Made by a program: the position numbers and the translations under genes. From Eledone cirrhosa (lineage: Eukaryota), in the NCBI GenBank assembly GCA_964016885.1, contig OZ024742.1, forward strand, positions 256,308,001-256,372,000: 64,000 bases of DNA. Reading direction: 5' to 3'. Numbering within the stretch: the stretch's first letter is position 1; the number at the start of each line of letters is the position of its first letter. This document shows, in pieces, positions 12,945 through 26,886 of the stretch. The notes beneath the pieces were generated by a model. It saw only the letters and a program-made list of their open reading frames with translations, had not been told where the DNA came from and searched no databases.

Positions 12945-14200
12945 CTGTCAGAAGCAACCATATCAAACTGGACCGGATAGATCCCCAAGCGAGACCAACC
13001 AAGCTCATGGAATGTTATCCAACCATCTCATTCGGGGTCTAACTCTGGGTTTCCTGCCGAGTGGTTTTGTCTGTAAAACCTCTCCAGCGATTGTTTTCTG
13101 AGATATCCTAATCATGTAGTCAAAATACCGGAGCTGTGATTTTTTAATTCGGAAATGAAGTGGATCTACATAGAGTGACTATCTGATCACCGAGAACGCA
13201 CTCTATCGAGTAACATTTCTCTACATACCCTTTGGAGGAACCCCATTTTGGCCAATTGTGTTACCGATCGCATTCATTATTCTTGTCTTTACACAAGATA
13301 CAGGACCATAGGTAAGGGTTGGTATGGAGACCGATTGAAGATAGAGAGTTTGGCATTTACGCCTACCTTACCTCCCTTCTTTTTATTACTGAATGCTGAA
13401 GGTAGCGCATTACTGCACCAGCTCCTGCAATTATTGCTATTACTTTAGTCTCCTACCTTCCATCACTCACGAACAAGGCCTCAATATACTTGAACTACTC
13501 TATCTGCTTCAGTGGATCTCCATTCCCACGTACATGTGCAGGCTTCTTTGTGAGGGCGAGTATCTCAGTGTGTGCAGCTATTGATTGCAAGTCGGAGATC
13601 ACCATATATCGAGTTAAGCAACAACTGAATTTATCTCCACCAGTCATAATACCACTTCCAACCAGGATCTGCATGTAAAATCCTGCTCATGTAAATAATG
13701 AACAGGGGAGGGGACAGTACGTACTCTCGGCGGAGTCCGACGCCTACATTGAATGCTTTCGATTTAGCACCATTTATCCGAACACAAATATTCTGGCGTT
13801 TGTATAGATACATCAGGGGAGCAAGAAGCTGACCATCGATCCCATGCTCCTGCTGAAACTTCCCCATCAGGGCATATGGAACGCGGTCATATGCTTTATC
13901 AACGTCAATAAAACCTCTTGCCCAATATTCCCAGGACTTGTAGAAGGCCTCTCAAAGTGTGAATATTTGATCGGCTGTGCTGCATCCTGGGCGAGTACCT
14001 CACTTTTCATCAGCTATCATGGACTCGACAATCTCCCTATACCGCTTTTTGTAGTGGCCTAATAAGGAGATCCTTCTCTAATTGGAACAAACTATCTTGT
14101 CTCCGTTTTTAAAAATTGGGATTATCATTCCCGGTCGCCATTGCTTACGTGCCTTTCCAGAGATCCAGGCCACTCGGCACACACAAGTCGGTCAGAGAAA
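12945..14200 (-). mobile_element. RTE/Expander-like LINE 3' half (degenerate RT), inverted relative to the 5' half
   Basis: Minus strand reads CRVAWISGKARKQWRPGMIIPIFK, VRINGAKSKAFNVGVGLRREYVLSPPLFIIYM and QVEXFKYIE. Confidence 0.7.
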
Positions 14201-14339
14201 ACCTTTTTTTTTAATATATAGATTCCATAACCCCTTGTGAGTCGTAGAGGCCCCATCATACGGTGTGTCTTGGGAACTTTTAAACCTGGTGGAGCCCAAC
14301 ACTCTCCGGGTTTGAAAACAGCCGATTTTTCTATAGAAG

Positions 14340-14490
14340 AAGAATCGACCCCTGTAGTGGACGGGTACTTTTTTTATCGACCTCGAAAGAATAAAAGGTA
14401 AAATTTACCACAGAGGCGTTTGAACTTATAGTGCACAACGTAGTAGGACGAATAACGTAAAGCTTTCTATCCGACCTTTTAACGACTCCG
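14340..14490 (-). mobile_element. tRNA-derived SINE (diverged)
   Basis: Reverse complement matches the 693-873 family (agttcaaacgcc...ttcgaggtcgataaaaaaaagtacc). Confidence 0.6.
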
Positions 14491-15121
14491 GTTAAAGTTT
14501 TATATGGAAAATAACGGTTTCATTTTACGTCTCTTTAACAACGGTATTTCCACTTGTGCTTTGTATTTTTTAATACCACTGAAAGTAGCGTTGGTAAAGG
14601 CACGTAATGAATAACCATTATTTTTCATATTCATTTTAAGTTACTTGCTATACCAATGGGAAGTCTTGCGATATTATGTTTACGGTGGAAATTGAATTTC
14701 GGATATATTCTGCTTCAATTTTATACACTTTATAAATCCTCGTAAAACAACGATGACCAAACAAACAATACTGACTTAAGAGAAATATAAATAAATAAAT
14801 AAATAAATATATACAAACACATATAAACACACACTAGTAAAATAAGATAGAATACAATAACCAAAACACAGCCACCCAAACGCGAACACACACACCAAAC
14901 ACTATACACACACGCAAACGGATGCGCAGAGAAGAAGACAACAATAAATAAATAAATAAACAGATAAAATATAAAATGGCGTAGACATACATACAACAGG
15001 AGTAACATAATAGTACCACTGATAATGTTGCAGATGTGCAACGAAAAACATTTGTTAGACTATATATATGTGTTTATATCTATATTATATCTGTACTTTT
15101 GTCCGTTGGTCAGTCAATGAT

Positions 15122-15124
<3 letters not shown>

Positions 15125-15202
<78 letters not shown>
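15125..15202. repeat. (CA)n microsatellite
   Basis: Direct inspection. Confidence 0.95.
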
Positions 15203-15205
<3 letters not shown>

Positions 15206-16509
15206 GTGCATACATATATAGAAAATACACACACATATTAATAACTAGATATAGATATATATATATATGTGTGTGTGTGTGTGTCTGTATGTATGTGAAT
15301 GTATGAAAAAGGTAAACAGAAATAGCAAATGAAAAAAAACAGTACAATGAAGAAATATATTATATATAGTGGTAGTAATTAGTAATATTATTTATAATAA
15401 TTGCAGAATAAACGATAATAGTCTTGGGAACTCTATTGAAATATGATTTCAGAGTGATTTTTTTATGAAATTCATAAAACGCAATGATTATAAATAAGTT
15501 ACTCAGAAGCAGAGAATCACACGCATGATAATGATTGCAGTAGAGGCAGTTTTCTTTGATGTTTAATATGAAGCAAATATGCGTTTTGTTTTTTTTCTAC
15601 CCTGAATGCCTAGATCAAACAGTCAATTATAATTATTAGTAAAAAATATGATAGCAGTAATGAAAAGATTATAATTTTATTAAGCTCTGTAAACAAAACG
15701 AAAGAGCTATTTAATTAAGCGAAAATATGTGTTGTAAACAAAATACAATGAAATATTGAGATAAATATTCTTGTTATGTTCCCTGCCAGCTCTGATAACG
15801 ATTGTGAAATTAAAGTGAAAGTGCCTGAGTATTCCATTGACACATGCATCCTTAAAGAATTTCAAAAGTGATTCAGCATGGCACAAAGAGTGATAGGAAC
15901 GGCCCTCTGAAGTTTTCCTGCTGAATGAACTGATGCAACATGAAATAATCACAATGCGTCACTAAGAATCGAAATCTTAACACAACAACCATGAATAGAA
16001 GGTGCAACTAAGTGAACGTTTTACTAACGTATATGTCCATTAGGTAGTACTCCGTGAGATTAAACGTATTACATTGTGTGTGATTTGTTTTCCCCTTTCA
16101 ATTACAGTTACAATTCATTTTTGTCAGTTGATCACATTGGAACAACGTAAAATATCATTTTAAAGAACAGAATACGTGCGTGGCTCCGTAATCAAAATCA
16201 CAACTTCGTTATCATAGCATAGAGATATAAACATTGATAAAATGGTGCGCTATTTTCCTCTCCTGTATCATTTCAAAACTCACTGTTGTGGTTGTCATTT
16301 AAATTGACATATCTCTTGATTAAAGAAAGTTCTGATTAAAATTACTGACGGGTTTGCATACATCTTTGTGGTGTAGGGAATAATGCACCTTATCCATTGT
16401 TTATTTGGAGTTGTATCACTGTCTTGGTGGGTGGGGCGGACTATTGTAGTATTTCTTTGGTTTAGTTCCCGATTGTAATATGCATGATTTCAATTCCCGG
16501 TGGTATTCT

Positions 16510-16660
16510 TTTATATGGCGAACGTCGGATAGAATGTTTTGTGGTAATCTGTTCGGCTCTCTACTGAGTTCAAATTCCACCGAGGTTAACTTTCCCATTC
16601 ATCCATTCGAGATAAATAAAAAAAAAAAATACCAGTCAGTTACTGGAGTCGATTCCTCCT
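16510..16660 (+). mobile_element. tRNA-derived SINE
   Basis: ctgagttcaaattccaccgaggttaactttcccattcatcc...gataaat...taccagt, same family as 693-873. Confidence 0.65.
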
Positions 16661-17484
16661 AAATAAATCATTCTCACTTCAATTCCATTATTCTCTAATC
16701 TTCTTTGGACGAAATCTGTCGTGTTCAGACTTTTAAAGAAGATGTGCTGTGCCAATTTTAAACAAGCCCTAGAAACGCCGAATGGCAATACAGTGAGTCT
16801 AGGCCTCCCACTAGAATTACGATGCAGTCGAGGAAACTAAGTGATTATAATATGGTTTATATAAACGTGATGATATGTGCGCATATGTTTGCGTATGCAT
16901 GTGTCGGTTAAGATGTCACATGGCTCGTTGAATAGTGTTCAGATCAATATCTTATAAGATCAATTCCTAGTACTGCGTTGCGTGCTTGAGCAATAAAATA
17001 TATTTCACGCTGTTTCAGTCCACTCATATGGAATAAATATGTTGTATCTGTGATTCAAAAGACCAGCCATATCATACACTCTTGAGATTGAATCTAACAG
17101 AGGACAATGATAACGCTGCTAGTATTGGAAATGCTTAACCAATTGTACGTTAAATTCACGAAGAGGAGCGGCATCGTTCTTAAAATTAACCTCCACACAC
17201 CATTTTGTAGTGTTTATATTTAAATTTAAATCCACCAACAAAATTATATATCAGGACCATATTTTAATTCAGTATCTCACTAACGAAATAATTACCAATG
17301 TTAGTGAATGACTGAACATTCTTTATTAATCGAAATAGAACTCATTTATATTAACTATAGTCTCTCCCCTCCCTATCTACACACTATATATATATTATAT
17401 ATATAACTATATACAGCACGCACAGACTTAGTTAATCTGAGCGAGATATTTAATTCATACGAGTTAATACGTAGCTGTTGCTAA

Positions 17485-17540
<56 letters not shown>

Positions 17541-18399
17541 AAACTATATATTCCATAACTAACTGTCTATTAATATTGAAAAAAAGAGAAATGTTCTTTT
17601 CTCGTGAAAATCAATATATTCTGAAAAATTATTATTTCCATCATCCTAAATTATAAACCTACCTCTTCGTACGTGAATATTAGATTTCATGTTATTTATT
17701 AGAAATGTATATTTGACGACATATATTGCAAGATATTTGCACTGATGTTGAAATAAAGCACCTAGTCATTTATTGGAAGTTATTGCTATCAGGTTAAATT
17801 GCCCTGCAAGATATATGGATATAGAGAGAACATGGAAATATATATATAATTGTCTGGAAATGCACCGAGATCGTGGTCAAGCCAGTAGAAATAAATATTA
17901 AGATTAAATCTGGTTTGTTTAGTGTAGTTTTGTAGATTGACATCGAAAGTGTTTGACCTCATGCTTAGATATGAGAGTCCTCATGATAATGACGTATGTT
18001 CAATTCATGTAACAACCAGTACCTTGTGTTCAAATCAAAATGAAAGTATAAAACCCATACAAATAACAATACTAAATGATCAGACTCCTAGACTTGACAC
18101 GCAATCAACAAGATGCAATGTTATTAGATTTTCTAATCGCCAATCCGATAATCAACAATAAACAACAGCACTAAGCCAAGCCCGCAACAAATTTGTCATC
18201 AAGTGTCACAAAAGAATCTACCTTGACTGGTATATCCTGCAATCACTTTAACCATCAACATCATCAACAAATTATGGTCAAAGCCTACAATTAGCAGAGA
18301 AAGTGAAAAGTATCAAGAGTTAAAAAGTACCCTTAGTGAACTTTCAACCAATAGAGAGATTAATCTATGTATCAATCTTACTCTTAAATAAAAAGACAT

Positions 18400-20290
18400 T
18401 AATCGACCATATCGGACAAGAAACCAAATAAACAATATATGCGGGCTATCGACGAAATCGGAGGTGAAACTTCACGACAATTTAAGCCCTGCATTTTGGC
18501 TAATTAACGTATGTCTATATAAACAAACAACGACGGTCAATCATTATCTTGGTGATAATAAATTTGTTAACAGAAACAAAAGAACACAAAGAATGTCTTT
18601 ATATATTTCAAAGATAGAAGAAAAGGTGACTGACCTATGAAAAGCTATCGGCCATGTAATACTGCTTATCACATCTAGACAAAAAACATTAAAAAAACAA
18701 CAAAAACAAACTACACTCCTCACCAACAAAGTGTGAAAAATAAAATAGAAATCATGTTTGGAGAGAATACAAGCAGAACTCTTTAATATAAGTTGATCAA
18801 ACTCAAACAGGAAATGAGAGACGTCAGCGATAAACTGCGATATCAGAACATATTTGGCGAAAGCAAAATGATTATTGAAAGATTCACCCGAAAAGAAACA
18901 TTAGTATACAGTATACATTGAAGCCCCATCCCAGAAAGACATATTCACCCCATATTCTTCTTAAGAACTTCTTAAGAAGAATATGGGGTGAATAAAAGAA
19001 GTTCAACAAACATGCAATGTAGTTGAAAGATATCCGAAGAAACTACTGCCCGCGGATTACACCAACAATATACAGTATCAATGATGTTAGCTTGAGACTG
19101 TGATAGGAATATTTGAAGGTAAGAAAAGACCAGGAAGATGCATCTTATCAACCGCTACCAGTAAGCTCACAAGGAGAGGGTACATACACAAAACGCTATT
19201 CCTTCCCCAAAACCAAGAAGCACACTTGGCAAAACATCTACCAACCTATTGTATTCCAGAACTTAATGTATACAATGTATACAGCCTATCTGAACATATT
19301 TCTGTAGCATCAGAGTGACTGTAACAAAATCATCAAAGTTGAGCAAGCAGTTAAGAAGGTAAGAGTTATGGCCTGTATACTAATTAACAAAATTAACTCC
19401 GAACAAGATGCTAGAGGTGCAGTGACATGGGAAGAACTTCGTTACAGTCTGGCTGGACTACAGGAAAGCATTTGATTATGTTCCTAACCATTGGACGCTA
19501 GAAGCCATTCGAAATGCCAAAATCTGTGGTGTAATTGTCAGAACTATATACAACGTATCTCCAATCGGAATTTAAATTGAGAGGAGGGGGCAATATATTT
19601 TCACTCATAAAATAAAATATCGCAGTAGTATATTCCAAGAGGACAGTCTCCGTATGATGTTATTTATACAGTCTGTAAAATTCTCATCTTTATGGTGAGG
19701 AAATTTGTAGCATAAATAATTGATTCAAAAGAAACCAGTAGCACAACATAGGGTCTTTGTGGATAACCTGAAACTGTTTGCCAAGAGGAAAACTCGTATG
19801 TAGAAATACCTTCTCATGTTTACGACATTCTTGAAAGATATCTAAATATAGTGTCGCCAGGACAAGTGTTCGTACATGGTTGTATAGAGAGGTAACACTA
19901 AAGCCAATGAACATCACTATGAATGGCTTCACTGTTTCACCGATATCATAGGAGGACTGCTACAAATACTTAGATATAAAGGAAAAGATATCCTATTGTG
20001 GAGTATATAACAAGGTGTGAGAAACCGGGGAGTAAGCAGTATGAGAAATCTATGGTCTTCTTAACATTCTGAGCCAGTGTTGCCACCGATATTTGGTCTG
20101 ACTTGTCGCTAGATGCAAAGGCGGTACTTCAATAAACACCAAGCGTAGAAGCTCATCCATACATAAAGCATATAATCCCATGCCTGTGAAATACTTACTG
20201 GATGATAACCAAAAGCTCATACCCAGGGAAACTACACAGCAATACCGCAATGAGTCCGTGGATAAAAAGTTGGATGCTCATCAGCAAAAA
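18400..20290 (+). mobile_element. Highly degenerate R4/Dong-like (RLE-type) LINE RT relic
   Basis: Broken frames give TLFLPQNQE...NIYQPIVFQNLMYTMYT, VWLDYRKAFDYVPNHW, IKYRSSIFQEDSL and CYKYLDI. These match the WxDYxKAFDSVPHxW and RGIFQGDSLS pattern. Boundaries are approximate. Confidence 0.6.
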
Positions 20291-20303
20291 ACTAATGCAT
20301 CAT

Positions 20304-20360
20304 TTTCTTCTTCTTCTTCTTCTTCTTCTTCTTCTTCTTCTTCTTCTTCTTCTTCTTCTC
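20304..20360. repeat. (TTC)n microsatellite
   Basis: Direct inspection. Confidence 0.95.
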
Positions 20361-20804
20361 CCTCTCCTTATCCCCACCTTCCTCCTCTTTCTTCTTCGTT
20401 TTCTCCTTCTTTCTCTTATTATTCTTGTAAGAATCATGGGGACAGAGTTCACATGCAGGCCATCTACCTGGTATAGCCGGAGGCAACTCTCTCTAGTATA
20501 TCCGTTTGGATCCGCAAGCGAGACCAGCAGCAGCTCATGGACAGCAGAAGCGAAACATTTGCTCTTGATAGGCTGCAGCCCCCTGTGCTGCATGCCAGGA
20601 AGGAAAATCAGTGCCGCGAAGACTGAGATTGATGCAAACTCTCCCGTTTAATATGTTTCATTTTATAAACCCCAGCAATCGTTAGATGCGATGTTCAGCT
20701 TACCATTCATCAATATATATTTACTAATATTGCTTTTCTTTACTTTATGTAAATAATTATATCTGTAAAAGGGTTTTCGCTGTGCACTGTCCATGTATAT
20801 ATAC

Positions 20805-20862
<58 letters not shown>

Positions 20863-21115
20863 GTATAAATGATCTGATAAAGGTGCATACAATGCTCGAT
20901 ACACATTTCTTGCAGCTGCCTAGTAGGAAAAGATTATACCCACTGTGTCTCTTTCCGTTTCTGAACCCATACTGCGTCTCAAGAAACACATTTAAAGCAA
21001 CGTTATCCATTGATAATGGGATAATTAAATTTGCTACGTAAGATTATTTTGTTATCTTAGCGAATAAATTGTTTTGTAATGCATTGTTTCGTTTTCATAA
21101 TAAAAATAATGTATG

Positions 21116-21177
<62 letters not shown>

Positions 21178-21183
21178 TATACA

Positions 21184-21250
<67 letters not shown>

Positions 21251-21311
21251 ATATATAATATATATATACAATATATATATATATATACAATAGTATAATA
21301 TATATATATAT

Positions 21312-21385
<74 letters not shown>

Positions 21386-21393
21386 TATATATA

Positions 21394-21591
21394 CGTTATT
21401 CCGGGGTTGAATCGGAGGTAACCACAGTAAGTAAGGTACTCAATACATAGCAGAGTATAAACAGTTTTAATATAGATGAGATTCTACAGGGACTAGAATG
21501 TTTCATTCTTTAGAAATCATCAAAGATTCCTGATGATTTCTAAAGAATGAAACAGTTCTAGTCCTGTAGAATCTCATCTATATTAAAATTT
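21394..21591. mobile_element. Family A foldback HHR unit, copy 1
   Basis: About 195-bp unit starting cgttattcc...gttgaatcgg with an internal inverted repeat of about 58 bp. Repeated at 22199, 23621, 25478 and 30650. Confidence 0.85.
21524..21574 (+). ncRNA. Type I hammerhead ribozyme (family A)
   Basis: AGATTC-CTGATGA-tTTC taaa GAAt-GAAA-CAG ttctagtc CTG-TA/GAATCT. Stem I 6 bp, short stem II, stem III CAG/CTG, predicted cleavage after 21568. Confidence 0.88.
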
Positions 21592-21609
21592 ATATATATA
21601 TATATATAT

Positions 21610-21707
<98 letters not shown>

Positions 21708-21731
21708 ATATATATATATATATTGTATATA

Positions 21732-22162
21732 TATTCTATTCTATAGCGATTAGGTCTTCGAAATGTTTATTATAAACATACAGAATATTTTCGAATATCT
21801 ATGTCTATCTTCACATATATACTCGCTATTTCAGAGCATTTAATCCAATTTCTAATTTCTGCCGGACCGGCAACCGCTCTTTCAAACCAGTTCCTGTACA
21901 CAGCTAAGTATTCTATAAGTCTCTAGCTGTGTCATTCTCGATAAAAGCACTGGATATGTAATTCCTGAAGATTTCTAATAAGAATGAAACGCGTAGGTTA
22001 CTTCCCTTGCTTTTGTCGAGAATCTAATTGTAATACGTGACGTATTCTATTCTATAGCGATTAGGGCTTCAAAATGTTTATTATAAAACATACAGAATAT
22101 TTTCAATATTCTATGTCTATCTTCACATATATATCGCTATTTCAGAGCATTTAATCCAATTT
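21732..22162 (+). mobile_element. Family C retrozyme-like element: about 311-nt monomer with about 120-bp direct terminal repeat
   Basis: 21732-21851 is repeated at 22043-22162 (period 311). One HHR inside, flanked by (TA)n. Confidence 0.75.
21958..22001 (+). ncRNA. Minimal type I hammerhead ribozyme (family C)
   Basis: GTAATTC-CTGAAGA-tTTCT aata AGAAt-GAAAC GC GTA/GGTTAC. Palindromic stem III (ACGCGT) is typical of minimal PLE HHRs. Confidence 0.8.
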
Positions 22163-22163
22163 A

Positions 22164-22198
<35 letters not shown>

Positions 22199-22393
22199 CG
22201 TTATTCGGGTTGAATCGCAGGTAACCACAGTAAGTAAGGTACTCAATACATAGTAGAGTATAAAAGTTTTAATATAGATGAGATTCTACAGGACTAGAAA
22301 TGTTTCATTCTTTAGATATCATCAAAGATTCCTGATGATTTCTAAAGAATGAAACAGTTCTAGTCCTGTAGAATCTCATCTATATTAAAATTT
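22199..22393. mobile_element. Family A foldback HHR unit, copy 2 (HHR 22326-22376, plus strand)
   Basis: Same unit with an intact CTGATGA...GAAACAG...CTGTA/GAATCT. Confidence 0.85.
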
Positions 22394-22412
22394 ATATATA
22401 TATAGTATATAT

Positions 22413-22462
<50 letters not shown>

Positions 22463-22496
22463 ATATATATATATATATATATACAATATATATATA

Positions 22497-22543
<47 letters not shown>

Positions 22544-22556
22544 ATATATATATAAT

Positions 22557-22596
<40 letters not shown>

Positions 22597-22646
22597 ATAT
22601 ATATATATATATACATATATATATACAATATATATATATATATAAT

Positions 22647-22684
<38 letters not shown>

Positions 22685-22703
22685 ATATATATATATATAT
22701 ACA

Positions 22704-22762
<59 letters not shown>

Positions 22763-22847
22763 ATATATATACAATATATATATCTACAATATATATATAT
22801 ATATATGATATATTATATATATATATATATATATACAATATATACAT

Positions 22848-22926
<79 letters not shown>

Positions 22927-22994
22927 ATATATATATACAATATATATATATATATATATATAATAATATATATATAATATATATATATATATAC

Positions 22995-23037
<43 letters not shown>

Positions 23038-23091
23038 ATATATATATATATATATACAATATATATACATATATATATATATATATACTAT

Positions 23092-23131
<40 letters not shown>

Positions 23132-23241
23132 TATACAATATATATATATATATATATATACGATATATATATATATATACTATATATATACAATATATAT
23201 ATACTATATATAGATATATAAATATATAATATATATATACG

Positions 23242-23278
<37 letters not shown>

Positions 23279-23468
23279 CAATATATATATATATATATAT
23301 ACGATATATATATATATATATATATACGATATATATATATATATATATACGATATATATATAATATATATATATACAATATATATATATATATCGATATA
23401 TATTATATATATATAATATATACAATATATATATATACAATATATATAATATATATATATATATATAT

Positions 23469-23509
<41 letters not shown>

Positions 23510-23525
23510 CATATATATATATACA

Positions 23526-23556
<31 letters not shown>

Positions 23557-23620
23557 ATATATATATTTATATATATACAATATATATATATATAATATAT
23601 ATATATATTATATATATATA

Positions 23621-23780
23621 CGTTATTCCGGGTTGAATCGGAGGTAACCACAGTAAGTAAGGTACTCAATACATAGCAGAGTATAAAAGTTTTAATATAG
23701 ATGAGATTCTACAGGACTAGAAATGTTTCATTCTTTAGAAATCATCAAATATTCCTGATGATTTCTAAAGAATGAAACAG
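23621..23780. mobile_element. Family A unit, copy 3, truncated after GAAACAG
   Basis: Same sequence, ending inside stem III and followed by TA repeats of opposite polarity. Confidence 0.8.
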
Positions 23781-23816
<36 letters not shown>

Positions 23817-23851
23817 ATATTGTATAATATATATATTGTATATATATATAT

Positions 23852-23915
<64 letters not shown>

Positions 23916-23931
23916 GTATATATATATATAT

Positions 23932-23987
<56 letters not shown>

Positions 23988-24124
23988 GTATATATATATA
24001 TATATTGTATATATATATATATATATATATATTGTATATATATATATATATATTGTATATATATATATATATATTGTATATATATATTGTATATATATAT
24101 TTATATATATATATATATATATAT

Positions 24125-24170
<46 letters not shown>

Positions 24171-24331
24171 ATATATATATATATATATACAATATATATA
24201 TACAATATATATATATATATATACACTATATGTATATATATATACAATATATATATATATATATATACAATATATATATATATATATACAATATATATAT
24301 ATATATATATACAATATATATATATATATAC

Positions 24332-24393
<62 letters not shown>

Positions 24394-24409
24394 ATATATA
24401 TATATATAC

Positions 24410-24453
<44 letters not shown>

Positions 24454-24465
24454 ATATATATATAT

Positions 24466-24543
<78 letters not shown>

Positions 24544-24716
24544 CATATATATATATATATATATATACAATATATATATATATATATATACAATATACAT
24601 ATATATACATATATGTATATATATATATATATAATATATATATATATATATAATATATATATATATATACAATATATATATATATATATACAATATATAT
24701 ATATGTATATATATAT

Positions 24717-24752
<36 letters not shown>

Positions 24753-24788
24753 ATATATATATACAGTATATATATATATATATATACA

Positions 24789-24825
<37 letters not shown>

Positions 24826-24842
24826 CAATATGTATATATACA

Positions 24843-24901
<59 letters not shown>

Positions 24902-24911
24902 ATATATATAT

Positions 24912-24955
<44 letters not shown>

Positions 24956-25200
24956 ATATATATATATATATACACAATATATATATATATATATATATAC
25001 AATATATATATATATATATATACAATATATATATATATATATATACAATATATATATATATATATATATATACAATATATATATATATATATATATACAA
25101 TATATATATATATATATACGATATATATATATACGATATATATATATATATATATACGATATATATATATATATATATATACAATATATATATATATATA

Positions 25201-25245
<45 letters not shown>

Positions 25246-25255
25246 ATATATATAT

Positions 25256-25309
<54 letters not shown>

Positions 25310-25319
25310 ATATATATAT

Positions 25320-25365
<46 letters not shown>

Positions 25366-25374
25366 ATATATAAT

Positions 25375-25410
<36 letters not shown>

Positions 25411-25430
25411 ATATATATATTTATATATAT

Positions 25431-25469
<39 letters not shown>

Positions 25470-25477
25470 TATATATA

Positions 25478-25665
25478 CGTTATTCCGGGTTGAATCGGCC
25501 ACAGTAAGTAAGGTACTCAATACATAGCAGAGTATAAAAGTTTTAATATAGATGAGATCTACAGGACTAGAAATGTTTCATTCTTAGAAATCATCAAAGA
25601 TTCCTGATAATTTCTAAAGAATGAAACAGTTCTAGTACTGTAGAATCTCATCTATATTAAAACTG
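25478..25665. mobile_element. Family A unit, copy 4 (HHR 25598-25648 with a CTGATAA core)
   Basis: Same unit. G8>A change in the core; stem III extended to CAGT/ACTG. Confidence 0.8.
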
Positions 25666-25700
25666 ATATATATATATATATATATATACAATTATATATA

Positions 25701-25759
<59 letters not shown>

Positions 25760-25972
25760 TATACAATATATCTATATATATATATATACAATATATATAT
25801 TTATATATATATACAATATATATATACAATATATATATATATATATATACAATATATATATATATATATACAATATATATATATATATATATATACAATA
25901 TATATATATACACAATAAATATATATATATATAGTATATATATATATATATACAATATATATATATATATAC

Positions 25973-26012
<40 letters not shown>

Positions 26013-26493
26013 ATATATATATATATATACAATATATATATATGTATATATATATATATACAATATATATATATATATATACAATATATATATATGTATA
26101 TATATATATATACAATATATATATATATTATATCTATATATATATATATATATATATATACAATATATATATATATATATATATACAATATATATATATA
26201 TATATATATATACAATATATGTATATATATATATATATATACAATATATATATATATATATATATACAATATATGTATATATATATATATACAATATATA
26301 TATATATATATATATATACAATATATGTATATATATATATATACAATATATATATATATATATATATATACAATATATATATATATATATATATACAATA
26401 TATATATATATATATACAATATATATATATATATATATATATACAATATATATATATATATATAATACAATATATATATATATATATACAATA

Positions 26494-26528
<35 letters not shown>

Positions 26529-26794
26529 ATATATATACAATATATATATATATATAATACATTAGAAACACACAGATACATGCGGACAGACACATATATA
26601 CATGAATGCATCCGCACCCAACTGTGAGTTAAGGGTGCCAACTTCACCGATGTTGCTCAATGAATGACTGGGACAGACCAATTCAGTTGAACTAGACTGA
26701 ACCAGTATCAGAGTTAAAAATACATTATGAAGAGAGAAGAAACATTTAGATATAATTAGTAATAAAATGTATCATACCTAAACTGCTCCTAAAT

Positions 26795-26886
26795 TCCTCG
26801 ACTACGTAGTTTCGTGGCATAAACAAAAAACAATATATCATAAAGATATAGGAGTCCTTGCGAGGTCTGCCGACTTATCAAGAGGA
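26795..26886 (-). ncRNA. Type I hammerhead ribozyme, U3:A8 variant with expanded stem II (family B)
   Basis: Minus strand reads TCCTC-TTGATAA-GTcGGCA-(about 46-48 nt)-TGCCAC-GAAA-CTACGTAG-TC/GAGGA. Confidence 0.78.

Noticed and set aside
20180-20651. ORFs with poly-S/L/K/R tracts
   Set aside because: Produced by the (TTC)n repeat.
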